Origin: Octopus vulgaris
Lineage: Eukaryota
NCBI GenBank assembly: GCA_951406725.2
Contig: OX597839.1
Location: forward strand, 17,856,001 to 17,920,000
Length of the DNA stretch: 64,000 bases
Direction of reading: 5' to 3'
Shown: in pieces, positions 14,037-26,622 of the stretch
Numbering within the stretch: position 1 is the first letter of the stretch
How the letters are laid out: each line of letters starts with the position of its first letter
Notes under the pieces: model-generated
What the model was told of the DNA's origin: nothing
Database searches by the model: none
Seen by the model: the letters and a program-made list of their open reading frames with translations, nothing else
Program-made: the position numbers and the translations under genes

Positions 14037-14538
14037 AACTATTAAGGTGACTATTCGCAATTTAGAACCAATAGGCAACAAGTACAGTTATCACTAACGT
14101 GATAGAGGGTGCTAGTAAGCACCAGCACTGCTAGAAATAGGAGTCAAAACAACCTTAACCATGTGAGAGAATTTTTCTAATGGCTGACAAGGGAGACAGG
14201 CTCCCTCCCTAGAACAAGCGAGATGGAGTCATATCACCACTGATTTCAGATTTAATCAATTTTCATCAGTGACCCATTACTCCATTGCCGAGGGTTAAAG
14301 AATCTAAGTCACCTTGTCAGCCTTATATAGAACACCATAGTAAACATTGACTGATTTCAAAAAATGGTGAAGTGAGAATTATAAATTATTAAGGTGGTTA
14401 TTTGTAATTTAGAACCTATAGAGAACAAGTATAGTTGTCGCTAAAGTAACAGAGGATGATAGTAAGCACCAGCATTGCTTGAAATAAGAGTCAAAACAAC
14501 TCTTAGCCATGTGAGAGCACTTTTCTAATGGCTGACAA
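14037..14538 (-). mobile_element. Penelope-like non-autonomous element with partial tandem (pseudo-LTR) repeat
   Basis: A direct repeat of about 150 bp (14037-14190 and 14384-14538) brackets a hammerhead motif, with a TATATAAG box upstream of it on the - strand. Confidence 0.6.
14223..14277 (-). ncRNA. Type I hammerhead ribozyme motif
   Basis: ATGGGTCA CTGATGA AAATTGATTAAATCT GAAA TCAGTGGTGA TA TGACTCCAT. Stem I has 8 bp with a 1-nt bulge, the CUGAUGA/GAAA core is intact, stem III is TCA/TGA, and the cleavage triplet is AUA. Confidence 0.75.
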
Positions 14539-14926
14539 TATATATATATTTCTTTACTACCCACAAGGGGCTAAACATAGAGAGGACAAACAAGGACAGA
14601 CATATGGATTAAGTCGATTATATCGACCCCAGTGCGTAACTGGTACTTTATTTATCGACCCCGAAAGGATGAGAAGCAAAGTCGACCTCGGCGGAATTTG
14701 AACTCAGAACGTAACGACAGATGAAATACCGCTAAGCATTTCACCCGGCGTGCTAACGTTTCTGCCAGATACATATATTGATATTTTGCTTAGGCATAGT
14801 GCTACTAATAGCATGGTGTTAGAACTCTAAATACATATGCTTCAGAATGAAGTGTTAGTCAAGTATAGAGCAGTAATAAGAAATTGGGATAAGAAAGGAA
14901 TAAACAATTACATTACAAGCTTCATT

Positions 14927-15007
14927 AGTTTACAGCTGTTTGGGCTGTAAGGTGCAATGCATTCATAGTTGGATGCTTGAGTATTACTCTATAGCTTCAT
15001 CAAAGCT
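14927..15007 (-). ncRNA. Decayed hammerhead motif (same family as 17537 and 26199)
   Basis: AGCT TTGATGA, long stem II, then AAAA CAGCTG TA AACT; the core is mutated. Confidence 0.45.
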
Positions 15008-15149
15008 CCATCTCCAGGAGGTGCTTCATAATTGTTCATTCCTTTGTGATTCTAATCTTTTATGTATGTGTATGTGTATGTGTGTGTGTGTGTGTGTTCT
15101 GGTTAAAGTACCTGGCACCTTAGACCACTCGGCCATTCTGACAAGCAAG

Positions 15150-15204
15150 ATGGAGTCATATCAGCACTGATTTCAGATTTAATCAATTTTCATCAGTGAC
15201 CCAT
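15150..15204 (-). ncRNA. Type I hammerhead ribozyme motif, second copy of 14223-14277
   Basis: Identical 55-mer except one change in loop III (TCAGTGCTGA). Confidence 0.75.
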
Positions 15205-15681
15205 TACAGTGACCCGGGGGTTAAAGAATCTAAGTGTGTGTGCGTTAGTGTGTACATATTATTAACCACATATTCTTTATGTATTTGCTTTGTTTATTTT
15301 CCAGTGGCTGCAATAGCATGGTGGGAGTACATACACTCTCAGAGCACCAGGTTTTAAAAACATCTCGGGCACGTGAGGTAACTCACTTTCAATCCCGTTT
15401 GGGAGTGATGGACACTGACATTTCATGTGGTTGGTAAACAAGCTACTTACCACACAGCCACTAGTATTTCATTTTAGTATTTCATTTCTCTTTGTTGGTC
15501 TGGTGGAAGGGGCAGAGCCCATGACTTTTGTAAGCCCAATGAGACTGATGCTGAGAAAAGTCTGCTTTAGCTGTTTCAAACTGCCTACAGGGAAGTAAGT
15601 TTTGAGCAGTGAGAGAGTTCTTGATAGCTGACATTTGTGAAGGAAGGACTGAGTGGAGTGGATAATGTAGGGCAGGATTTT

Positions 15682-16074
15682 GTTAAGTTAAGTTAAGTTA
15701 ATTTTTTTGGCTCAAAAAACAAAGAGCAAGGCCATGTAGGGGGACATGGAGTTATGTACAGGGAGGGTGTTCATGCAAAGAGTTCAGGCCATTTCTGGTC
15801 AAGAGAGACTTTGAACTGAGCGGTCGTCGGCATCTTCACTATCTTGTCTGGCAGCTTATTCCACGGATCCGCAACCGGGATGGAGAAAGCCCCTCTCCTT
15901 CGATTGAGATGAAATCGTCGCAGATAGAGCTTTTCGGAGTGACCCCGCAGCCGACGCTCTGGAGCAGGAGTGAAGAACAGCTCTTTCGAGAGGTTACACT
16001 TTCCGCTTATGATGTCATGAGCAAGAATGAGATCACCACGGTGGCGTCGTTTTTCTAGAGAATAAAGGTTGAGC
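15682..16074 (-). mobile_element. CR1-clade LINE 3' fragment
   Basis: The minus strand reads LYSLEKRRHRGDLI...LRGHSEKL...WNKLP, with a (TTAAC)n tail. Confidence 0.8.
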
Positions 16075-16571
16075 GTGAGTGAATGGGTGAGGGAAGGACA
16101 GGCGATTGAGGTAGGAGTGCCTGTATGGAGGTGGCATGAGATTAGTCAGTCAACTTTGTGGTGCAGTAGAAAAAATCAGTAAGAAAGCACAGCTCATGTG
16201 AACCAGAAGATTAAACATGTCTTTGAGTGACATTATACCAGTCAGTTAAGTGACCTCTCTCTGGCTAGTCAAATGATCTCTCTCTCTCTCCCTCCCTCTC
16301 TCATACACAAAAGATAGATTAATTTTAATTGCTTACTGATGTGACCAAATGACTGTGAAGTTCATTATGTAATATGCATTATATAATAGACACAACTATA
16401 TTACTGTTACCATCCATGTCTTCATTCATGATATTTGATTTGTCATCCACAGATTATTGAAACAATTGTAAACCACAGAATAAATGTAATACCAGAAACA
16501 CCATCCTTCGAATATTACATACATATACATATGTACATACACAGACATACACACACACACACATGTATATA

Positions 16572-16650
<79 letters not shown>

Positions 16651-16962
16651 CACACAAACACACATACACACACATATATATATGTGTAACACACAAACAC
16701 ACACACTTACTTGTAAATGATAAAGTTAATTATTTTATTGAATCTTCTCCAACTTCTTGATTATTTTCCAAATTCAAACAAATGAACTGTGTATTCCATT
16801 AGAAACATGATCTTGTTAAGATTTAAATTGTTTGTTCCAACCCCGTGCTATGAGAGCTATACCAATATATTTATGCAAGTGTGTGTGTGTGTGTGTGTAG
16901 ATTGATAGAGATATAAACATACATATTTAGACATATCTTGATTTAAACAAATGTAATATATG

Positions 16963-17053
<91 letters not shown>

Positions 17054-17056
<3 letters not shown>

Positions 17057-17290
17057 GGAAAAGTTTACGAAAAAAAACAAAAGACAAAGACAGGTGGTGT
17101 AGAAAACAAACAGATGTATTCGTATAGCGCTCAGGAATAGAAAAAGTCTTTTACGCTTCGAGCCTATGCTCTTCTACAGAAAGGTACACAGAAAAAAACA
17201 AGGAGAGAAACAAGGAGAGAAAAAAAGGAGAGAAAAAATGTGTGTAGTGGCTAACGATCTATTGTGACGTCTGACTCGGACAAAAAAAAA
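17054..17290 (-). mobile_element. PLE-like short element in a (TA)n tract, carrying a variant hammerhead motif (17148-17183)
   Basis: CTTT CTGTAGA A GAGC ATAG GCTC GAAG CG TA AAAG; stems I and II are intact and two core positions deviate. Confidence 0.5.
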
Positions 17291-17868
17291 AATGGAAAAT
17301 ATATATATATATATATGATTGATTGATTGATTGATTCTAGTTTCAGCTTATGAGCTGTGGCCATGCTGGGGCACCACCATTTGGTGTTGCTACTTGGTTT
17401 CACTTCACGAAAGCTTTCTAGCAACTGCCATTTGGTGCATGAGAGAGTTCGATGCAGCTGCCCTATATATATATATATATTTAAAAGAAATTAGATAAAT
17501 GACAAGGGAATGAGAAATTATGTCCTAAACTTCATTAGCTTACAGCTGTTTCTGCTATAAGATGCAATGTATTGGTAGTTGAGTGCTAGTGTATCAAGCA
17601 ACCTTTCAGATTATAGCCCTTTCCAAGTTAAACTAAAATCTAATACTTGAAACCTTAAAATCTCTTAAAATAAGTTTGTATTTCTGGAGTTTGAATGATT
17701 GCCTGAGTACACACACCATGTTCTACTACCTTATACAACTATCATATTTCCTCAGGCATGAAACTAATAGCAGCTCACATTTAAATCCTGTGTAGATTAA
17801 ATGATATTTATCTCTTACTAGATGGAGAACTTTTTTAGTTTATCCCACCTATAACTGAACAGTACACA

Positions 17869-17899
<31 letters not shown>

Positions 17900-17910
17900 T
17901 GTATGTATGT

Positions 17911-17973
<63 letters not shown>

Positions 17974-18884
17974 CACACACACATACATACACACACACAC
18001 ATATATTCAGTTATTTTTTCGTTTGTCATTGAACTTTGGCCCTGCTGGAGCACTGCTGAAAAGTGCTTTAGTCAATCATTGTAATACTCAGTGCTTTTTT
18101 GTTCTTAAAGTCTGGTCCTTATTTTATTGATGGCTATTTGTCAAACTGTTAACTCATGGTATGTAAACACATGACACTGTTTTTCAAAATATGAAGTGCA
18201 AAGACTGACAACAAAACTAACATGTAAATATATGTACAATGTGTGTGTGTGTGTGTGTGTGTGTGTGTCTATCTGTCTGTTTCAGTGTGTGTGTGTGTGT
18301 ATCTGCGTCTGTACATATGCATGCATGAGCTCTTACATGTGCATCTATATTAGAAGCTATGTACACCTGAGTGCTGGCATAGATGTCGTTACATATATGG
18401 ATCCTATTACATACTGATTTTCTTGAATGTTTTACATTTCATGGCAGTACCTTTGACAGCTTCTACCTGTAATTTTCTGACTAGGTATTTCCTTCCTATT
18501 TTACTGAAACCTAACTTCCAAAGATTAGCAGGGAGCCATAAAGCCAAGTGCTCCAGGAATTATTGGTGGAAATCTAAATCTATTGTTTGGACAGAATAAT
18601 ACAGATTTCTCATCAGTTTGGCAAAGATCTTTTCTTTTTCATTGACCTTTAAATCAGGTTGACATCTGCTGGGGAACTGATTTCAACTTTTGTGCACAGT
18701 GTCTTTTGTCAACCCCAGGTTGTTATGTCTGGTCTATTAGCTTTTATTTTATTGAAATCTTGAGAAGGATGTTCCATCAGTATGCTTTCTTATTATGTAA
18801 GGTTCTGCCCTCCACATTATTGTTACTTCTTAAATTTTCTCCCTGTGATTATCCTTTCAGCAAATTTCATTGTATAATGTACTA

Positions 18885-19169
18885 TATTGTTTGTTCCTTC
18901 AAAAGCCATGCCTGGCTCAGGGCTGGTTTCCCGGCTTCTTGGCGTATAGGTTCCCCACCTGGATGGGACACCGGTCCGTCACAGGAGGAAAGAGTGAGAG
19001 AAAGTTGTGGCGAAAGAATCAGCAGAAGTTTCGCCATTACCTTCTGCCAGAGTCGCGTGGAGCTTAGGTGTTTCGCTCATAAACACACACATCGGCTGTC
19101 CTGTGACTCGAACCCGCGATCCCTCGACTGCGAGTCCACTGCTCTAACCACTAGGCCATGTGCCTCCAC
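18885..19169 (-). mobile_element. SINE family C (tRNA-derived) with 12-bp TSD
   Basis: TSD TATAATGTACTA at 18873-18884 and 19170-19181; A box TGGCCTAGTGG and B box GGTTCGAGTC. Confidence 0.9.
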
Positions 19170-19458
19170 TATAATGTACTAGCCATTATATAATGTCTCC
19201 CTAGATAGAGAATATCATGACGACACCTTCAGGCAGCTACTGATGATAAGGATGACATCATGAATGTAATTTCATAGATCTGCATCAATTGTTACAACAG
19301 GTTTACTTGAATTTCTATCCCTTTTGTATATTTCCTGCCCTTGTATTGCAAAAATAAAAATACGCTGCAAAGTGAGTGCTAATATCTTATTTATTAGTCT
19401 AAGATAGACTGCTCTATTTGTATCAATTATTGTCAAAAATTAATGAACAAACAAACAA

Positions 19459-19491
<33 letters not shown>

Positions 19492-19642
19492 TGTATGTAT
19501 GTATGTATGTATGTATGTACGTACATACGTACATACATACCTACCTACCTAGAATCTCCAGATTCTAACTAATTCTTTTTTTAAAATTTTAATGAAATGA
19601 CACTTCATAATATATCTAATAGATAAGTTACAAGTTAAATCA

Positions 19643-20044
19643 TACTCTCTTTTACTCTTTTACTTGTTTCAGTCATTTGACTGTGGCCATGCTGGAGCAC
19701 CGCCTTCAGTCAAGCAAATCGACCCTGGGACTTCTTTGTAAGCCCAGTACTTATTCTATCGGTTTCTTTTGCCGAACCGCTAAGTGACAGGGACGTAAAC
19801 ACACCAGCATCGGTTGTCAAGCGATGCTAGGGGTACAAACACAGACACACAAACATACACACACACATATATATATACATATATACGACAGGCTTTTTTC
19901 AGTTCCCATCTACCAAATCCACTCACAAGGCATTGGTAGGCCCGAGGCTATAGCAGAAGACACTTGCCCAAGGTGCCACGCAGTGGGACTGAACCTGGAA
20001 CCATGTGGTTGGTAAGCCAGCTACTTATCACTTACCACACAGCC
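19643..20044 (-). mobile_element. SINE family A
   Basis: Reverse-complement match to 13612-14016. Confidence 0.9.
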
Positions 20045-20749
20045 TCTTCATGCTGAAGATTTTAAAACAAAAGAATGAAATAATGCTACACATGACAAGC
20101 ACCAACCAGAAATTTTGAGAACTTCATAACAAAAGAATAATGTGTACACGCTGCATCTTCTTCCCTGTGTTCCTTAATTTCAAAATGAAATTCACAATCA
20201 CACCTCATGTTGTGATGGGATGATTTTTTCCCCTTGTATTAATAGCCATAACTAGAGGGAACCACATATGTGTACATATTGTTGCACACAAAACACATTC
20301 TTTCATTTATGTTTCTTATCTGTTTTTCCATGAAAGCATGTGTTGAGTAAATACTCATTAAGACATTGTTTTACGGCTGGCTGCACTTCCCGTTGTTAAT
20401 TTTTACAAATTTTTCAAGTAAGGAATTTTTATTCCACTTGTCTTTGAAAGTTCTGAGCTGCAGGAAGCTTTGTTAATGGGGAATGTCAATAATGTCGCTG
20501 TTTTTTCTTCAATGCTTTTTATGTGGAAACAGGGAATGTACACATTCACGTAAATATGTATGCATACGCTAACACACACAAATGCATTTCCATTTATTGA
20601 TTCTGTTCTCAAGGCATTGGTCTGCCCAAACAGAAAGCAGAAGACATGCACAGAGATAGAACTCAAAATGACATATATTGATGCAAGCTTTGTATCCACA
20701 CAGCCATGCCTGTGCATACATACATGTAAATATATACATATTCTTTTGT

Positions 20750-21240
20750 TCATTTACTTGTTTCAATCGTTTGACTGCGGCCATGCTGGAGCATCGCTTT
20801 AAAGGGTTTTATTCAAAGAAATTAACCCCAGGAACTTATTCTTTGTAAATCTAGTACTTATTCTGTCAGTCTCTTTTGCCGAACCACCATGTTATAGGGC
20901 GGTATAAACACCAACATCTGTTGTCAAGCAATGGTAGGGGGACAAACACAAACACAAAGACACACACACACATAAATATATATATATATATATACAAAAT
21001 AAGCAACAAGAATATCTTCGGTAATTTGGTATGATCGTTTCACGCTACATCATTTTATTAAGCATTGTAAGTATTACCACAGTTTTAAAATGTTGAGCAA
21101 TCATCAGCCATTTATAGAGATTTTCCATTAATACATATTTTCATATTAATTGATAACATTATAAAGAAGGTAGATATATAGACAGAGATGTCAATTTGAA
21201 TTTTAAGAACATTAAGGTAATAGCATTTATCTTCTAATTC

Positions 21241-21271
<31 letters not shown>

Positions 21272-21438
21272 ATGGGTTTCTTTCAGTTTCTGGCTACCAA
21301 ATCTACTCACAAGGCTTTGGTCAGGTCAGCTTGAGGCTATAATAGAAGACATTTGCTCAAAGTGCCACACAGTGGGACTGAACTTGGAGCCGTGTACTTG
21401 AGAAGCAAGCTTCTTACCACACAGCCACACTTGTTCCT
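20750..21438 (-). mobile_element. SINE family A interrupted by a hammerhead-bearing insert (about 20995-21240) in its (TA)n tract
   Basis: The SINE halves flank an unrelated AT-rich insert. Confidence 0.7.
21027..21110 (-). ncRNA. Partly decayed type I hammerhead motif with extended stem II
   Basis: TGG CTGATGA TTGCTCAACATTTTA...TAAAATGATGTAGCGT GAAA CGATCA TA CCA, with TATAAA immediately upstream. Confidence 0.55.
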
Positions 21439-21657
21439 ATCTACATATTTCAAGTAGTGGGGGATCTAAATGATCCTGGCAAATAACTTGGAGGGACTCC
21501 AATGTATATCAGCCTAACAGGGACTCAGAATACTTCCAATCAATCAACCAGTCAATATAGCAATCAGTGCAATGTTAAACTATTGTATATTGATCTTAAG
21601 CTTACTATAAATCTGCTTATGTAGCAACGAGACACTGCACATATAACATGATGTCTT

Positions 21658-21714
<57 letters not shown>

Positions 21715-21753
21715 CAATGCATGGAACTCTCAGCCTTTAAATCACTCTGTAAC

Positions 21754-21785
<32 letters not shown>

Positions 21786-23154
21786 TATAATATATGTGTG
21801 TAGTATAAATTATGTGTATAATTTATATTGTAGAGTAAAATTGGGATGGTCTGAAGTAGTCAGCCAGATCCAGCAAAACTCATTACTGCATGACTGTTAA
21901 ACATTTCAAATATTGAGGAGGAAAAAAAAATGAGGAGGAGGTGTAAAGGAGGCTGAAGTGGAGGAGAGAGAAGGAAAAATTGTAATTCTGTATGTGTTGT
22001 AAATAAAATATTGGCTTAATATGAAACTAAACTTAAAAGAAAAAAACAAAAACACCCAAATTTATTATAACATTTGTTATTAAATTGAATAAAAAAAAAT
22101 GATAATAATAAATGAAATCTTAAATAAGATATATCAATAATATAATATTGAACTGCTATTCAATTCAGTTTTTGCCAATAGGAAATTATTAATACCTCAG
22201 TGATTGGATGAATGTTGAAGGTGTGGAATGATAGATTAATAGAGGGCGCCATACTAGTTTACTTACATTATCTAGTTACATCCTTTTAGAGTTCCTAGAT
22301 CGTATTCTGACATGGTGGGAAATTGTTAAGTCACTTCATCATCATCTTCATCATCATCATTTAACGTCTGTTTTCTATGCTGGCATTGGTTAAACAGTTT
22401 GATTGAGACTGATAATCCTGAGCGCTGCACCAGGCTCCATCATCTTTTTTTGCCTGGTTTCTATGGCTAGATGCCCTTCACTTTATAAAGTGTACTATGT
22501 GATTTTTACATGTCACTGACATGGGTACCTTTTACATATCAACGGCACCATTGAAGGACTGAAATAAATGTTTGAAATACTGAGATATGGTGCTTTACTC
22601 TTTTGATACTTTTATATCCTGGTGTTGGATAAATAATTTAACAAAGCAAGGGAAAGAAATATTTGCATGATGCACTACTATTTCTGTTACACAAAGTTAA
22701 ACGCTCTCTGCCAACAGCTCACAGTGAACTGCTTACCATCAGTTGCTCACAGTTCTTTATTTTATAGTAATATGTTAGTCCACTTTAGTCACTTGGGTGG
22801 TTGGAATCCTTCCACAACAGATACCAACTTGTCTGAAAATGTCCTTAATTCTTTGGCACGAGGTTCCCTTATTAAAGTGATCTAAATTAAAACTTTCCAT
22901 CAGAAATTTGTGTTAATTTATGTTCTAAATACCAAGTTAATAATGACAAAGATATTTCAAAAAATTCTTCATCATTTTCAAAATGAATTGAAACAAAGCA
23001 GTGTATTTCAACAGAAATGTGGTAATGAGAGAGTTGAATCTAGTTGCAGTCAATTCTGCTCTATCATCTTTCTGAGATATCAATATAGATATAATAAGAC
23101 ACCAGTCATGTACTGAGGGTTGATTTAATATTTCTATAAACATATAGATAATAC

Positions 23155-23540
23155 ATAGTTGTGTAATTAGGAGGTTTGTTTCCATGTGATCTTGGGTTCA
23201 GTCCTGCTGTGTGACACCTTGGGCAGCCGTCTTCTGCTATAGTTGCAGGCTGACCAAAGCCTTATGATTGGATTTGGTAGATGGAAACTGAAAGAAGAGC
23301 ATTGTGTGTGGGTGGGTGTGTTTGTGTGTACTCTTTTTTGGACATTATTTGATTACTGTAAATGAGCATCACCTTCATACAAGTGATGTTGTTCATTTCC
23401 AGTCTTCCACAAAAACATGTCTGGCCAAGCAGATGAGGAACGGTGACAGAAAGAGCATTTAGACACTGAAAACGCTATCTCATTAAACTTCTGTATGACC
23501 CATAGAAGCATAGAAAATTGGAATTTAAATCATGATGGTC
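23155..23540 (+). mobile_element. SINE with family-A head but RTE-type tail
   Basis: Shares the 5' 150 bp or so with family A, then has a different body also seen at 4790-5020, 7135-7290 (-) and 60830-61041, ending in a (GAT)n-like tail. Confidence 0.6.
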
Positions 23541-26198
23541 ATCTATTTCTTTACTACCCACAGGGGCTATACACAGAGGGGACAAACAAGGACAGTCAAA
23601 CGGATTAAGTCAATTACATCGAACCCAGTGCGTAACTGGTACTTAATTTATCAACACCGAAAGGATGAAAGGTAAAGTCGACCTCGGCAGAATTTGAACT
23701 CAGAACGTAATGCCAGACAAAATACAGCTACGCATTTCGCCCAGTGTGCTAACATTTCTGTCAGCTCACCACCTTATCATGATGGTCATCATCATCATCA
23801 TCATCATCATCCTAGATGGGAACTGAATTATTATGGAAGACAAAGCAAAATCAGATATGATCAGTATTTCATCCCTTGGCATTTCTTAAGTCGACTACAG
23901 ATTTCTTTCCTATAATTTGAGGTCAATTACCTGTGTTTAGAAATCAGCATTTAATAATGTTTTACCATTTTAGTTGCAAGAAAATGAAATCCAAAGTCTG
24001 AGAGAGTAAATCTATAGGATTTTCAATCAGATTTAAATATCATTAGTTTTACTATAATTAGTATAGAGTTAACAATTCTTTCCCAGAGTTGTTTAGAATG
24101 CCATGTAGAATGTCTTGCAGTATTTGTTCTCAGGGTTCAAATCTCACCTAGATCAACTTTCATCTTTTCAGGGTTATTAAATAAAGTACTAATCCAGTCC
24201 AATGCACTGGCAGAATGTTAGATCATCAAAAGAAATGTTTTGTTGTATCTGTTTCTGCTATGTATGGTGTTCAAATCTTGGTTTCTCTCTTGGTTATGTT
24301 TATTTATTTACATTGATTTGAATTAGTCAAACATTACTTTATAGCTTTGAGAATTCGAATGCGTGATTGCTTATTTTAAGAATAATATTGTAGGGGATGT
24401 GTGAAAGGCCGGATCTGGCCAGTTTGAAGATAAAACAGGTAGAATATTTTGGCCAGATATGGCTGGTTTAAGCGCTAAAGGGTTAAGCAAATGTCCAAAT
24501 ATTTTAAATGAATACTGTTGATGCTAGTGAACCAGCTGAGAGGAGAGAATGCAAAGGGGCCACTCTAACCCTGTACACTCTATGAACAATATACATGACA
24601 TATGTGATTGTGTGTGTCACTGTGTGTGTGTGTGTGCATGTTTATATCATGCACCAGATATCAGTGAAGAATGTAAACCTTAACAAAAAGAACTGTTTTT
24701 TAACGAAAGTCCACCAAGTTACCAATACTTTCATGTCCGTCTCAGCATCAGAATTGCCATGAGCCAGCAATTGGTCCACTGGAGATCAACAACCAACACT
24801 TTTGCCCGTAAATGGAGACATACAATAAATTTTTAAAAAGTGCGTATTCGACAGGAACTCTTGCAAGCATATTTGTTCTAAGTAATAAACTGCAGGCATG
24901 CCTGAGTGGTTAAACAGTTTTCTTCACTACCATGCACTTTTGGGTTCAGTCCCAATTCACAGCACCTTAGGTAAATGCATTCTACTATAGTGCTTGGCCA
25001 ACCAATACCTTGTGAGTGAATTTGGAAGATGCAAACTGCTGAAGCCCTTCATGTATGCATCTGTGTGTACCACTGAGTCTCCCCAAATTAGAAATTATTA
25101 ATTAAATATCATCCTAGCTTAATAAGATTAAAGACAAGCATGTCATATCAATATATGTCATAATACAAACAACAAAACCTCCATGAACCTTGAACTCTTT
25201 AATATGTTCAACCTTACAAGACATAAAAGATTCATAGACAACAGGCATATATGAATATATTCTCATCATCAGCTGCTTCATGGATATCACTATGGTTTTG
25301 AAATTTGGTTTCTGTGTGTGTATATATATATACACACACACACATACACATGCGCACACACACACATACAGAAAATAAAGGAATTCTTGAATGCATGATG
25401 GCTGTGAAGACAGCTTAGAAAATAGGGCAAATGCCCTTTAAAAGATGGGGAAAAGTGACCAGCAACCTCTACAGAGAATTGGGACCACTTTCTTTTCATC
25501 CTCTAAAGGGTATTTTGTCCTATTTTCTAACCTGTCTTCACAGCCATCCTGTGTTCAAGAATTCCTTTATTTTCTGTACAATACTGACTGACTCAGTGCT
25601 TATAAGTGTGTGTGTGTGTGTGTGCCCCACCCCACCACATGAGAACCAGTGTTTGTTTATGCACATATTTGTACCTCAGTAGTTCAGTATAACAGACCAA
25701 TAGCATTCATACCAGACTTTAAAAAAAAAATATACTGGAGCTGATTTGTTCAGTTAAAACCCTTCAAGGTGGTGCCCCAACATGACCACAGTCCAATGAT
25801 GTAAAAAGTAAAAGATTAAAAAATGTATGAAAAGAATGTTCGGTAGCACTACAAGCCAGTTGGTAGAAAAATATAATTTATACATTATATCTTACTCTTA
25901 AACTGTTTTAAAGCTAAAACTGCTTGTGAGGTTCAAAAAGAAAGTTTATAGATAAGAAAAAGAAAATTTCTTCCAATTAGGTGATAAAAGATGAGTACAA
26001 CTTAATAGGTTGATTTTAAATTCTATCATCAAAATTCTCACAGCTGGTGTTGTTTCTTTCCCCTTGACTGATGACACATGAAGATAAAAATGCAAACAGA
26101 GCTAAACAGGCTTCTATATAATGCCAAAGCATATATATATATATATATATATGTGTGTGTATATGAAAATGAGATGACAACTAAATATGAACTTCATT

Positions 26199-26277
26199 AG
26201 CTTCATTGTTTCTGCTATAAGATGCTGCAGACTGATAGATAAGTGCCTGAGTAACACCTTATAACTTCATCAGAGCC
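26199..26277 (-). ncRNA. Hammerhead motif with long stem II in a PLE-like repeat (about 26165-26365)
   Basis: GGCT CTGATGA AGTTATAAGGTG...CATCTTATAGCA GAAA. Stem III is damaged here but intact (CAGCTG TA AGCT) in the copy at 17537. Confidence 0.55.
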
Positions 26278-26365
26278 TCATCTATGAAGTACTCAACTAA
26301 CATTCCATTCGGAAGCATATGTAGATTGAGTTCTACACCAGGTTACTAGTCTCACAATGCCTAAA

Positions 26366-26412
<47 letters not shown>

Positions 26413-26487
26413 AGAGTAAACACATAAATGTGAAGCAAGGTGGAAAAAAGAGTACTCAAATGCCAGGGGTAGAGTAATATGCCTTAC

Positions 26488-26622
26488 TTAAAAGCAGCAG
26501 AAATTTAACAAAAGCTGTTACTTGGAGTTTCACATTCCCATTCGTCGGACAACAAAACTGTCTGACGAACGGGAACGTGAAACTCCGAGTAACAGCTTTT
26601 GTTAAATTTCTGCTGCTTTTAA
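26488..26622. repeat. Near-perfect palindrome: 64-bp arms, 7-nt loop, 4 mismatches
   Basis: 26488-26551 is the reverse complement of 26559-26622. Confidence 0.95.
26558..26595 (+). ncRNA. Minimal type I hammerhead ribozyme, intact
   Basis: CTGT CTGACGA ACG-GGAA-CGT GAAA CTCCGAG TA ACAG. Stem I has 4 bp, stem II is GNRA-capped, and GUA cleavage is predicted after 26591. Confidence 0.85.

Noticed and set aside
15305-15377. + strand exon-like segment after a strong acceptor
   Set aside because: It resembles the repeat segment at 14800-14850, and the donor is only moderate.
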